Shown: piece after piece, positions 13,250-25,970 of the stretch
Position numbering within the stretch: position 1 is the stretch's first letter
Layout of the letters: every line of letters begins with the position of its first letter
Origin: the human T2T-CHM13v2.0 reference genome, Homo sapiens
Length of the DNA: 64,000 nt
NCBI RefSeq assembly: GCF_009914755.1
Contig: NC_060947.1
Strand: one strand, 5' to 3'
The notes under the pieces: model-generated
Told to the model about the DNA's origin: nothing
Databases searched by the model: none
What the model saw: only the letters and a program-made list of their open reading frames with translations
Made by a program: the position numbers and the translations under genes

Positions 13250-13650
13250 TTTAGAAACAGTGTTATTGAGATATAATTTACATGCCATACACTTCACTCA
13301 TTTAAAGTGTGCAATTCAGTGGATCTTAACCTGTCTACAGAGTTTATCCATCACCACAATCTTCAGAACATTTTCATTATCCCAAGAGGAAACCCTACTC
13401 TCCTCAATCATCACTTTCTTGTTTCTCCATTCCACACACCCCCAGCCCTAGGCAACCACTAATCTACTTTCAGTCTGGACGGATCTGCCTATTCTGGTCA
13501 TTTCATAGAAACAGAACTACACAATATGTGGTCTTTTGTGACTAACTTTTTTCACTTAGCATAATGTTTCCGAGGTTTATTCATGTTGCAGCATGTGTAA
13601 ATACATGTCTTCTTATTGCTGAATAATATTCCATTGTATGGATATAACAT
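13250..13650 (-). mobile_element. L1MB7/8-like 3' end
   Basis: tattgagatataatttacatgccatacacttcactcatttaaagtgtgcaattcagtgg...ccctaggcaaccactaatctactttc. Confidence 0.85.
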
Positions 13651-13741
13651 CAAAGCATTTTTAGTTGTGCTTCTTAATTCAGTGTGCTACCTCTCAGAAC
13701 ATACTCCCCAGAGCCAATAATTTCAATGTGAATGCCTATAG

Positions 13742-14066
13742 CTCGGGTAGGCAAACTATAGCTCACCAGCTAGTACCAACCTTTTGCTTCTTTTTGTACA
13801 GCTCTGGAAATAACTTACATTTTTAAATGGTTGAAAAAAATTAAAAGAATAATATTTTGTGACACAGGAAAATTATATGAAATTTAAATTTTAGTGTCCA
13901 TAAAAAAGTTTTATTGGAACACAACCATGTTCATTCATTTAGGTATTATATGAGTGTTTTCACACTACAATGACAGAATTGAGTAGGCGTGACAGAGATC
14001 ACAAGGCCCACAGAACCTAAAATATTTACTATCTGATATTTTATAGAAAAAGTTTGTAGACCTCTG
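13742..14066. mobile_element. MER58B-like hAT-Charlie MITE
   Basis: Terminal inverted repeats (gggtaggcaaact ... agtttgtagacctctg) and internal aaagttttattggaacacaaccatg, aaaatatttactatctg. Confidence 0.8.
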
Positions 14067-14323
14067 GCCTATAAGATCCAGGCAGGTGGTGAATTTGTGA
14101 AGTCAGTAGAGGTAATACAATAGAGAACAGTGGAAACTCTGGGAAAATATGTGAATGTCAAGTACATGCCACATATGTGAATGTATTCAAATATTGCCAC
14201 ACACACACACCATTTTCAGGCAAAATTCAGCTGCAACCTATCAGTTTCCTGCCTACTCCAATAGGCATAAAAGATATATAAGAACATAATCATTAATTAG
14301 TTTAAACATTTTTGAACACTTTA

Positions 14324-14825
14324 TATCTTAGTTTGGGTTCCCTTAGGATTAGCCCTTGAAATAAGACAGAGCTCAAATGGTTTATTTGAGAGGTGATCCC
14401 AGGAAACACTAATAGGAGAGTGGGAAAATGAGACAGGGCAGGGAAGAAAACTAATACAAGATATGTGTTTCAAGAAAGTGGCCCTGTAGGCAACTACAGC
14501 TTAATTGCACTAAGTAAGTTCATGTAGAACACGCACCTCAGAGTTATACACCTCAGAGTTTTACCAAATGAGAAGATGGAGGGAAGCTGAGGTTTTATTT
14601 CACCAACTCCCATCAGTCAGCCAGTAGCTGAGGGCTCCTCCTGGAGAGTGTTAATTCTTTGCTTTCTGGCCTGTCATGTGCTGCAGAGAAGAACAGGCTG
14701 TGATGGTCAAGGAAATCCCTCAGGTAAAGACATACAAGTGCTGGCAGTTGTAGGTCAGGCTAGTATTCTCTGAAGGGTAGACACTGAGGGTATGGGGTGG
14801 GAGGGGGCTGACTGTGTCTCCTGCA
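14324..14825 (-). mobile_element. ERVL LTR (LTR33/LTR16-like)
   Basis: tcttagtttgggttccc...tttatttgagaggtgatcccaggaaacactaataggagagtgggaaaatgagacagggcagggaag. Confidence 0.7.
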
Positions 14826-14854
14826 CTTTCTACACTCATACAAAAGGAAACAAA

Positions 14855-15105
14855 TATAACAAATATTAATTGATGTTTTCCATGTACCAGACAGTGTTCT
14901 AGGCACAGAGATTACAGTTGTGAATAAAGCACAAAAATCCCTGCTCTCAAGCAATTTATATTCAGGTGAGAGAGAAATAGTAAATAACATAATAAATCAT
15001 AGAGTCTATTGGAAAGGGCCAAGGACTGGAGTAGGAAGTGAGATGAAGAAGTTGGGGAGTGCCCTGCTAAATAAGGTGGTCACTGGAAAAGTGATATATG
15101 AGCAG
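14855..15105 (-). mobile_element. L2 3' fragment
   Basis: gtaccagacagtgttctaggcacagagattacagttgtgaataaagcacaaaaatccctgctctcaag. Confidence 0.7.
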
Positions 15106-17110
15106 AGTTCAGGTTTCTTGTTTTATCCTCCATTCTCCCCTTAAAGATATTTTAAGATAATCACCAAGTTTGAAGATTTTTAAAATCACTTCCAGATCCT
15201 GTCTTCCAGAGGAAGGGACTTTTGTTAATATTCAAGGACTCTCAGCAATGTTTCCCACTAATTAAGCTATAAGATAGAGACAGCTAGGAAAATAATAGAA
15301 AGGAAAAGAGAAACCAATCGTGACTGAGTTGTGACGCTAGGCAGCAAATTCTCCCTTTCCCCCATCTCTGCTTCCATTCTTTGTTTGTAGCCAAAAATAT
15401 ATCTTCACTGCAGCCTCTCCGCAGACACTGTACTCTTTCTAAAGCTTCTCCTGGCACCAGTAGTAGCAGGTGCCCACTAAAAGAATAACAAGCAGGCACC
15501 TCCGAGGAAAGTCTTGAGTGGAGAAATCCTTACGGCATGTAGAATCCAGAGCAAAGCAGCCTCTCTTCCTCTTCGAAGAACTCTTTCCAACTAAGGTCAT
15601 TTCAGGTTTCACATGGTGGGTGTGTCTGTTCCTGACACATTCTCATGGCTCCTAAATTTGCTGTACCACAATGTACAAATTTGTACGATGAAATAAACTC
15701 CATAGGCTTCTTTCTGCCTCCAGCGCCTAACACAACCTCTTTAACACTCTCTTCTTCCTGCTTTTTCATGCTCATCTTTTGCTGTCTCCCAAGCAGCTGC
15801 TGGGCTGGAGATGGTGGTGGGCAGTGGGGAGAGATACTGCTGACACACAGGACTATCTTTGGCTTTTGGAATGTTCCGCCTCTGTAAAACCTTCCAAGAT
15901 TATTCCACCCTCCTCAGGCTTCATCTCCTCACACACTTTTCAAGCAGAGTTAGCCTCTCCCATTCTTTGAAAGCATCTTTATAATAGCTCATTGTGTTGA
16001 AGTTAATTCTATACCTCTCTTGTAGCAGCTACGCTGTGACCATTCCCATCCATATTTTAGCAATTAAGGCCTTCTGCAGTCTGTCCTTCCTTCCTTCCCA
16101 TTCGAGCTCATCATCTATTTTTTTTTTTTTTTTTGCCACGAGCTCTCTGACTGACTAGTCTTCTCTGTTCTTTGTCTCTTTCATTTCCACCCACCTCAAA
16201 CATTCTATGTTCATGAATCCCTTATGCTGTGGTCCACAAGTGATGATTATTTATAGTCTGTCCCTCTGAATTTTGGAACAATTGGTAAAAGTATATAGGA
16301 ATGGAATAGGGTTCAAAATACCAGCTTCATTTCTAACTAAAGAGGCCTTGGCAAGTATGGCTGAAATCTAAAGCCAGAATGGACTTTCTACTTCTTTACC
16401 CCAAATCTAGAGCTTGGGATCCACTCAAGGGGAACTGGATCTGCAAAGAAGGTGCTCAGCTAGACAGGGAAACTTGGCCTGCCTCACACTTTGTCAAGCA
16501 TAGATAGGCCAATAAAAAAAATGTCACACAGACCCAATGATTTCTAACCCATCAGCGCAGTCCTGTAGAGAAGCATGGACACAGGGTTGTCATAGTCTAA
16601 CAATTCACCACTCAGGTAAGTAATTTATGTTCACACGGAGAACATTGTGTAAGAAGAATAAAAAAGAATGAACACATTCTCTTCAATACTCTCAGCAGAG
16701 TAGAGGTTACCATTTTATGGACTGTGACAGCATATGAGAGAGACAATTTATTCCCCCCTCAACTGTACATTTCTTTACTCATTTGCTTCCCTTATCCTGA
16801 AATCCCTCCCTCTTCCTCTCTGTTTTTACAAAACTTCCTCATCTATCAGGTCTGAATTTAAGTTCACCTTTTGTCTAAAGCCACATCTAGTCACTTAAGC
16901 CTACATTTCCTTTCTTTTGAATACTGCGTATTCATAAATGATCACTTAGTTTTATGTGTCTTTATGTTATTTACTATTTGTTTCATATGATCGGTCTCTC
17001 CAATTGGATGCTATGCTCATTGAAGGTTTACAATGTCCACTTCACCTTCTAACTCAGAGCACCTAACAATGCTTTGTACAAAGTAGGTACTCAACAGGTA
17101 GTTGTGGAGA

Positions 17111-17200
17111 GGGATGGAATGAAATGGGATGGAATAGAATGAAAAAGAATGGAATATGATAGGATGGGATGGGATGAAATTGCATGGAGATGGAATGGAA
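17111..17200. repeat. Degenerate (GGAAT/GGGAT)n pentamer repeat
   Basis: gggatggaatgaaatgggatggaatagaat...gggatgggatg...ggaatggaa. Confidence 0.85.
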
Positions 17201-17214
17201 AGCTAGATTAAAAC

Positions 17215-17290
17215 ATAAAAAGGCCAAAAGTCAGTCAAGTACATGTTAAATAAAATGTTTTATTATAAAATGTGATTAAATATACATTGA
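17215..17290 (-). terminator. Candidate polyadenylation site (AATAAA at 17259-17264 on the minus strand)
   Basis: Minus strand reads TGTATATT...TTTTAT-AATAAA, then a T/GT-rich downstream element (gacttttggcctttttatgtttt). Motif evidence only. Confidence 0.35.
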
Positions 17291-18227
17291 AAGCTGTGAT
17301 TTAATAGAATCCTTTAGGAGCCCAGACATCATGCCTTAAGAAGCAGAATCGCCATTTGAAGTTTACCAAGCCTACTTCCTTGCGTTTGAGGGAGGCTGCA
17401 CTCTTATCTTCGCAGAACAGTAAACTGTCCATCCTGATGTCAAAGGTGTTCCACTATTGAGAATATTCCTCCTGCCCTAATGTGATTTCTCTTTAGAGAA
17501 CTGAAGCCACGTCACAAATAATGTCTTATTTCCAAGGGGAAAGTTTAAAGTCAAGTTTTTATGTCCACTTCCCATGACCCTTGAAACCGACTCCAGTCAA
17601 AATTATGAAACTTAATAGGTTTATCTTTAGAGTATTTCCATGACTGTGAAAAGGCTCTGTCATTTTCCCCAAATACTACCTGCACTTCAAGCATCTAGTT
17701 GATGGGATATTTTTGGGTGAAAGGATCATTCCTGGTATCTCTCATACCACCTCACAAAGGCCTGAGATAGATCTTACAGAAAAATCCAGGTAAGCTGACT
17801 TAACTGAGGTAACAAGAGCTTCAGAGACAAGCATAGAACCAGATCAAAGCATTTCATAAATGCTATCAGACTCACCTAAAAAATATACACTTCTTCCCTA
17901 AGATTATTATATCCACACAGTCCCTGTTTTTAAAAATATATGTTGCTTTCAGGTCAATAACTATTTTGCAGTTTCCTTCTCTTCTTACAAATAAAAGTAC
18001 AATATCCAAATAACAAGTATATAGCTCCAGATTTTTTTTTTATCAGAACAAACTTAAGGCTCAATGCCATATTGACAAATCAGTGTCAGCAAAGGCTAGA
18101 ATGAGGTATAAAATAACAATAATGGGAGACCTTCTAGGCAGAGAGATGCAGACAACTATATTTATGACCCAAGCAAACTCTGCTTTCTAGATTTTTTAAA
18201 AGGGACATTGATTTCTTGGGCATAACA

Positions 18228-18392
18228 TACATATATATACTTCAAAGATAAACCATATATATATTTTATTATTGGAATTATATATATTCCTATATATATA
18301 TTTCTATACATATATATTCCTATATATATATATTCCTATACATATATATTCCTATACATATATATTCCTATATATATATATATATATTCCTA
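18228..18392. repeat. (TA)n / (TATATATTCC)n low-complexity tandem repeat
   Basis: Repeated tatatattcctata(c)a units. Confidence 0.9.
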
Positions 18393-19275
18393 CAGTGAAT
18401 CTCTTTCCCATTTAGGAATTTGATTTTCAGACCCCTTTTCACATTACATTTAGGCAAAATAATATATCATAAACATAATCAATATAAGTTGTATGTTTTG
18501 ATAAAGAAACAAATCTAGTATTACAACACTCACATGCACCCCAGTACATAACATTTTGGTAAGACGAAGTACCAAAGGTAGGTTAGAGTTAGTTTCCAAA
18601 GGTAGGTTAAAGTTAAAGTTTTTTTTTGCAAAAACACTGATGGTCTATATCATGTAAGTACTCCAGATAATGACCCATGTCCCTCCAGGATCTTTCTCCA
18701 CCATTAGAGTGGTAGTATATATAGAACTATTTTGTCTCCTAATATGGACATCTGGATACAAACAGTGGCTACTTTTCATTGCCAGCTGTTTATGGATCTG
18801 CTAATGTGATGCTGTCTATTAAATGTCTCTGCTTCACTTCTCACTATCTTTACCTGCTCATTCAATAACATCTGTCAAAGCAGACAAACAGATGGCAGGA
18901 GCTGCATGTACTAGCACATGCTCAGTCTGCTGTAGGACATTTTTTCATCATATTTTCCAGTAGCCTACTGTCCAATGAGAGCCAGCACTGCCAGTGTAGA
19001 TCAAGGAACAACAAATGTATAAATAGTTCTGGAGGAGGGAAAAAACTAGGAAGGGCTTGGGAATTGTTCTTAAATAAATGTAGTGAAAGAGAGAGGCCAT
19101 GAATTGCTATCGGACCTGCAGAAATTATTTCCAGTTTATAAGGTTTTTGCTGGTCTCTCCCCCAATTATCCATGTGAACAGTGCTTCTTCCTAGGAATAC
19201 TGCTCATGGCCAGCAGTTGTTTATGTCAATGGGCTACAGAACCCACTATAATTACCTGTCCTTCCACATACATAC

Positions 19276-19654
19276 TGTATTAGTTCATTTTCACATCACT
19301 ATAAAGAACTACCTGAGATTGGGTAATTTATAAAGAAAAAGAGGTTTAATTAACTCAGTTCCACATGGCTGGGGAGGCTTCGGGAAACTTACAATCATGG
19401 TAGAAGGTGAAGTAAAAGCAAGCACCTCCTTCACAATGTGGCAGAAGAGAGAGAGAGAGAGCAAGGGGAAAAGTGCCACACTTTAAAACCATAAGATTTC
19501 AAGAGAACTCATTCACTATGACGAGAACAGCATGGGGGAAACTGCCCCCATGATCCCATCACCTTGCACCGGGTCCTTCACTCGACCCGTGGGGATTACA
19601 ATTTGAGTTGAAATTTGTGTGTGTGGGGGGGGGAAACTGAAGCAAACCATATCA
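19276..19654 (-). mobile_element. MSTA/THE1D-like MaLR solo LTR with 5-bp TSD catac
   Basis: tgtattag...ccatatca ends; catac at 19271-19275 and 19655-19659. Confidence 0.92.
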
Positions 19655-19840
19655 CATACACATACACATATACATACGACCACTCCAAAATGCACTGGTC
19701 TTCTACTTACTCAGCATATATTGGCAAAATCCAGTTAGAGACAGCCATCCAGGCAGAGATGTAGTCCATAAAAATGTCCCTTCCTTTGCCATGGCTATAA
19801 TGAGAATTTCTCTTTTCTCTTCCTTACTGTTTCCTCTAGA

Positions 19841-20060
19841 CTGGAATCAGCAACTTTTTTTTGTCTATAAGGAAGCATACAACAAAAATTTTAGGCTTTG
19901 CAGGTCCTATAAGGTCTCTGGTGCATATTCTTCTCTGTTTGTTTGTTTATACAACCCTTTAAAAATCATTGTTTTTAAAATGGTTTTATTAGCTCATGAA
20001 CTATACAAAAATAGGCCATGGCCCAGAGTTGGCTAACAGGCCATAGTTTGCCAACCTCTG
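19841..20060. mobile_element. MER58C-like hAT MITE
   Basis: Terminal inverted repeats (ctggaatcagcaact ... agtttgccaacctctg), with ttttaggctttgcagg and acaaccctttaaaaat. Confidence 0.7.
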
Positions 20061-20276
20061 TCCTAGACTATAAGCTACCAAGTGAATTAGTCAGTTGTTG
20101 ACATATAATGTTATTTAACAAACCACCCCAAAATTCAGTGATATACAACAATAAGCATTTCTTCTCCCACCACAGATTTGCAGATCAGCTAGGGGAGTTC
20201 TGCTTATTTCTCAGCCTTAGGACATACATGCATGCCCTAAGATTATTATACCCATAGAGTAACTGTTTTTATAAGA

Positions 20277-20513
20277 TTTATTTCATTTTTAATTGATACA
20301 TAATAAGTATACTTATTTATGGGGAACAGTGTGATGTTTCAATATGTATGTAGATCATGTAATAATCAAATCAGGGTAGTTAGCATATCCATCACCTCAA
20401 ATACTTATCATTTTTTTGTGGGGAGAACATTCGAAATCCTCTCTTCTAGCTATTTTGAGATATACAATACATTATAGTTGACTATAATCACCTTACTGTG
20501 CAACAGAACTCCA
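20277..20513 (-). mobile_element. L1MA 3' terminal fragment
   Basis: ttttaattgatacataataagtatacttatttatgggga...caaatcagggtagttagcatatccatcacctcaaa. Confidence 0.85.
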
Positions 20514-21284
20514 GAGTCTCTGTTTTTAAAGGAATTTAGACAAGAGAGAATATAGCTGTTTTGGAAAAATGCATTTTTATTTACAAAGATAAGTCACAAA
20601 AGTTGAGACTCTTCTGTATTGGAAAGGAAACATCAAGCTAGTTGAATTTCTTCTATGCTTGCCATCCGATTTCTTTTAAATGATGAAGGTATTACATGTA
20701 TTAGCACATATTATGTGCCAGGCACTATACTACTCCAAGCCTTATAAACATATAACATATTTAGTCACTTGGAACTATTATTTCCAAACCAAGGCTATTG
20801 CTCAAGGTTATACTTCTGGGAAATGGAGGAGTCTATTAATAACCAGGCTATATTGCCTTTCAAGATTTCTTTAAGGCCTATGATAATCCTCATGGCACTT
20901 TTGCTGTGTAGAATAATAAGATAAATACAAAATAGGGGTCTGTATTTAGATTTAAGGCTTCATTTTTTTATAAAACTAACTCTTTTGGGATACAAAATAA
21001 GTGTGTGAATTAGACTTACCTTTTTTATTATGCTCACATTGTGAGATAAGTTTATAAAGACTTTGACCTGTTTGAACAAAAGAATGACTGTATAATTACC
21101 AATCATTTTTGTTATGACAACCAATCATGTCTGTCGAAGGTTGATCATTTTAGACAAGCACATGTGTTGAACATTGAAACACATCTGGCTTTAGCTATTT
21201 GAATATAAATGGCTTAAGGAAAATTGCTTCTGTATTTTTATAACAGTTTATGTTGGAGTTAGTTTTTTTTGCGTTATAACACAA

Positions 21285-21880
21285 ATAAAGTAAACTACGC
21301 AAAATGTGCTAATCATAAGTGTGCAGCTTGGTAATTTTTACTGTATACATACACATTTCCCCCAACCTTCCTTCTCCCCTTCTTATAAACACCAGCTAGG
21401 TCAAGAAATACAATATTTCCACTACCCTTCCAAATTCCTTCCTCCGCCTTCCCATTCTATAATCCTATATCCACTCACCCCCAGATAATGAATATTCTGT
21501 CTCTTATCTTCATCAGCTAGTTCACCTCTTCTTGAATTTGATATAATTGAAATCATACATATGCATTCTTTTGTATCTGGCTTCTTTCACTCAATGTAAA
21601 ATATGTGGAGTGGATCCATGTTGTTATGTGTATCAGCAGCTTGTTCTTTTTGTTGTTATATAGATTTCCATTGTATGAATAAACTACCATTTACTTACTC
21701 ATTCTTTTGTTGACTAGTATTTGGCTTATTTCCAGGATTTGGCTATTATGAATAAGGCTCTTATAAATATTCTTATATTTCTCTTTTTGTAGACACATGT
21801 GCTCATTTTTCTTGGGCATGGAAAAGAGTAGAATTTCTGGGTCCTCTGTGTTTAGCTTTGGTAGGGTTTTCTAAAATGAT
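21285..21880 (-). mobile_element. L1MC/L1ME 3' fragment
   Basis: aatcataagtgtgcagcttgg; gaaatcatacatatgcattcttttgtatctggcttctttcactcaa. Confidence 0.7.
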
Positions 21881-21971
21881 TATGTGGAGTCACATGGTGA
21901 AATACCTAAGAAAGATCTGTAACACTTCTTAATGACAGTGCTCTGGTTCAGTTGTAAATAAAGTTTTTACA

Positions 21972-21972
<1 letters not shown>

Positions 21973-22009
<37 letters not shown>

Positions 22010-22016
22010 GCACACA
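21973..22016. repeat. (CA)n microsatellite
   Basis: About 17 perfect CA units followed by cacgcacgcacac. Confidence 0.95.
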
Positions 22017-22184
22017 AAGCAGATAAGGGAGTGCTTGTGCCATCCCTGCCCCAAGCCCAGGATGCACAGCTCATGGGTCAAAAAAGACTCCTTCCTTCTG
22101 CTTGAGGACAGGAGAGAGAAGAGTAAAGAAGAATTTGTCTTAGATCTTGGATACCAGCTCACCCACTAATACACAGTAGAACAG

Positions 22185-22542
22185 TGTATTAGTCCATTTT
22201 CATGCTGCTGATAAAGACATACCCGAGACTGGGAAATTTATGAAAGAAAGAGGTTTAATGGACTTACAGTTCCACGTGTCTAGGGAGGCCTCACAATCAT
22301 GGCAGAAGGCAAGGAGGCACAAGTCATGTCTTACATGGATGGCAGCAGGCAAAGAGAGAGAGAGCTTGTGCAGGGAAACTCCCATTTTTAAAACCATCAG
22401 ATATCATGAGACTTATTTACGATCAAGAGAACAGCATGGGAAAGACCCACCCCCATGATTCAATTACCTCCCACTGGGTCCCTCCCACAACATGTGGGAA
22501 TTCAAGATGAGATTTGGGTGGGGACACAGCAAAACCATATCA
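22185..22542 (-). mobile_element. THE1B-like MaLR solo LTR with 5-bp TSD aacag
   Basis: tgtattagtcc...gctgctgataaagacatacccgagactggg...ccatatca; aacag at 22180-22184 and 22543-22547. Confidence 0.95.
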
Positions 22543-25500
22543 AACAGGGAACCAGTCACAGATATGAGACCCCCTTTCCAAGTCTTAGCTCCAAAACAAC
22601 ATTTCTAAACACATCCTGGGCCAGGAGTGAACCCACTGTCTTAAAGGGAAGGGCCCAGTCTTGGCAGGATACACCACCTGCTGTCTAAATAGCCCTTGGG
22701 CCCTGAGTAACCAGCAGTGATACCCAGACAGTATGCTATGGGCCTTGGGTGAGACTCTGAGATGTGCAGGCTTCAGATGAGACCCAGCACACTCCGAGCT
22801 CTGGTGGCTAAGGTGAGACATTCCTTTTGCTTGAGAAAAGCACAGAAAAGAGTAAAGAGAAGAACTTTGTCTGGCACCTTAGGTACCAGCTCAGCCACAG
22901 TGGGGTAGAGCACAAAGGGGCTCTTTGGGCCCTTCATTCTAGGCCTAGGTCTTGGACAGAATTTCTGGACCTGCCTGGGGAGAGAGGGGAGCCCACTACC
23001 CTGAAGGGTGAGTCACAGGCTTAGCAGCATTTACCACAAGCTAACTGATGATCCCTTGTGCCTTAAGTGAACTTTGGTGGTAACATGGCAGTACTCCCCA
23101 TGGGCCTGTTGTGGTGATGGCCACAGAGTGAGACTCCTCTCCCTGTGGAAAGGAGGGGGAAGAGTGGGAAGAACTGTGTTTCATGCTTTGAGTGCCCAAT
23201 CAGCTGCAGTACAATAGAACACCAGTTAAATTTCTAAAGTATTTGCCTCCAGTCCCTGGCTCAAGAATGGCATCTCTCAACCTGCCCAGGGCCTGAAGGA
23301 ACTTGCTGCCCTGAAGGGAAGGACATAAGCCTGGCTGGCTTTGCCACCTGTGGGTCATAGAGCCCCAGGGTCATAGTCAGTTAGTGGTCACAGTGGGCCT
23401 TGGGTGAGACCCAGTGCTGTGCTGGCTCCAGGTCTGACCCAGCACAGTCCCACTGGTGGTGGCCACAGGCATGCTTACATCACCCCATCCCCAGGTTCAG
23501 GTGGCTCAGCTTAGAGAGAGAGAGAGAGAGGGAGAGACATCATTTGTTTGGAAGAAAGTAAGGGAAGATAAAAAGAAACACTATCTGATAATCTAGATAA
23601 TTTTTCTAGATCTTATCTAAGATCACCAAGGTGGTACTTCTATGAATCTTCAAAAACCACAACCTTGCTGGGATGGGGGCCCAAGTGCCTTTGAATACCT
23701 GAAAAGCCTTCCCAAAAAGGATGGGCACAAACAAGCCCAAACTGAAGACTACAGTAAATACCCAACTCTTCAATGCCCAGACACAGACAGACATCCACAA
23801 GCATCAAGACCATCCATGAGAACATGTCTTCACCAAACGAACTAAATAAGGTACCAGGGACCAATCCTGTAGAAACAGAGATATATGACCTTTCAGACAG
23901 AGAATTCTAAATGGCTGTGTTGAGGAAACTCAAAGAAATTCAAGATAACACAGATAAGGAATTAAGAATTCTATTAGATAAATTTAACAAAGAGATTGAA
24001 ATAATTAAAAAAGAAGCAGAAATTCTAGAGATGAAAAATGCAATTGGCATACTGAAGAATGCATAAGAGTCTCTTAAAAGAGGAATTGATCAAACAGAAG
24101 AAATAATTAGTGAGCTTGAAGACAGTTATTTGAAAATAGACATTAAGAGAAGATAAAAATAAAAAGAACAAAGCACCCCTACAAGATCTAAAAAATAACC
24201 TCAAAAGGTCATGTGTAAAAGTTATTGGCCTTAGAGAAGAAGTAGAGAAAGAGACAGAGATAAAAAGTGTATTCAAAGAGATATCAGATAATTTCTCAAA
24301 CCTAGAGAAAGATATCAACATTCAAGTACAAGAAGGTTATAAGACCAAGCAGATATGGCCCAAGGAAGACTACTACAAGGCATTTAATAATCAAACTCCC
24401 AAAAGTCAAGCATAAAGAAAGAATCCTAAAAACAGGAAAAGAAACAATAACATACAATGGAGCTCCAATATCTCTGCCAGCAGACTTCTCAGTGGAAACC
24501 TTGCTGAAGGAAAAAGTTTTTAACCCAGAATGCTACATTCTATAAAAATCTCCTTCAAAAATTAAAGAGAAATAAAGCTTTTCTCAGGCAAACAAACGCT
24601 AAGGAATTTTATCAACACCAGACCTGTCCTACAAGAAATGCAAAAAGGAGTACCTCAGTCAGAAAGAAAAGGCTGTTAATAAGCAATAAGAAGTCATGTG
24701 AAGATACAAAACTCACTGGTAACAGTAAGTAAACAGAAAAACAGAATATTACAACCCTGTAACTGTGGTGCATAAACTACTCACAGAAAGACTAAAACAT
24801 AGACAAATCAAAAATAATAACTACAACAGCATTTCAAGACAGACAGTACAACAGTTATAAATAGAAACAACAAAAAGATAAAAAGCAGAGAGACAAAGTT
24901 AAGATGTAGAGTTGTTATTAGTTTTTTTTTTTGGCTTATTTTTTCTTTGTTTGTTTATGCAAGTACTGTTGTTACCAGCCTAAAATAATGGGTGATAAGA
25001 TAGCATTTGCAAGCCTCATGGTAACTTCAAATCATTGCAAGCCTCATGGTAATCTCAAATCAAAAAACCTACAACAGATACACAAAAAATAAAAAGCAAG
25101 AAATTAAATGATACCACCAGAGGAAATCACCTTCACTAAAAGAAAGAAAAAAAAAAGAAAGAAGGAAGAGAAGGCTACAAAACAACCAGGAAACAAATAG
25201 CAAAATAACAGGAGTAAGTTCTTACTTATCAATAGTAACATTGAATGTAAATGAACTAAACTCTCCAACAAAAAGACATACAATGGCTGAATGTACCAAA
25301 AAAAAAAAAAAAAGACCCAGTGATCTGTTGCCTTAAGAAACATACTTCACCTATAAAGACAAATGTAGACTGAAAATAAAGGGATGGAAAAAGATATGCC
25401 ATGCCAATGGAAAACCAAAAAAAAAAAAAAAAAAAAGCAGGAGTAGCTATACTTATAGCTTTTGTCTCGAAGTCTATCAGAAAAAAATAGATTTCAAGAC

Positions 25501-25970
25501 AAAAACTATAAAATGAGACAAAGAAAGTCACTATACAATGATAAACAGGTCAGTTCAACAAAAGGATGTAACAATTGTAAATATATGTGCACCCAACACT
25601 GGAGCACCCAGATATAGAAAGCAAATATTATTAGAGCTAAAAAAAGAAATGGACCTCAATACAATAATATCTGGAGACTTCATTCCACTTTCAACACTGG
25701 ACAGCTTTTCCAGACAAAAAATCGACAAAGATACATTGGACTTAATTTGCATACAGACCAAATAGACCTAACAGATAATTACAGAACATTTAATCCAATG
25801 GCTACAGAATACATTTTCTTTTCCTCAGTACATGGATTATCCTCAAGGATAGATCATGTGTTAGGTAACAAAACAAGGCTTAAAACATCCTCAAAATTTG
25901 AAATAATGTAAAGCATCAACTCTGACCACAATGGAATAAAATTAGAAATCAATAACAGGAATTTTGGAAA

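Noticed and set aside
15284-15970. Coding exons or promoter (CCAAT, TGACG, minus-strand LSWKEFFEEEERLL frame)
   Set aside because: Short frames with weak splice sites, no recognisable protein and no CpG island.
17111-17200. Satellite III / pericentromeric block
   Set aside because: Only ~90 bp and degenerate; an ordinary simple repeat, next to an L2/MIR-like remnant.
25007-25062. 28-bp tandem duplication, and similar ones at ~14534, ~18572 and ~59424
   Set aside because: Ordinary slippage duplications with no functional hint.
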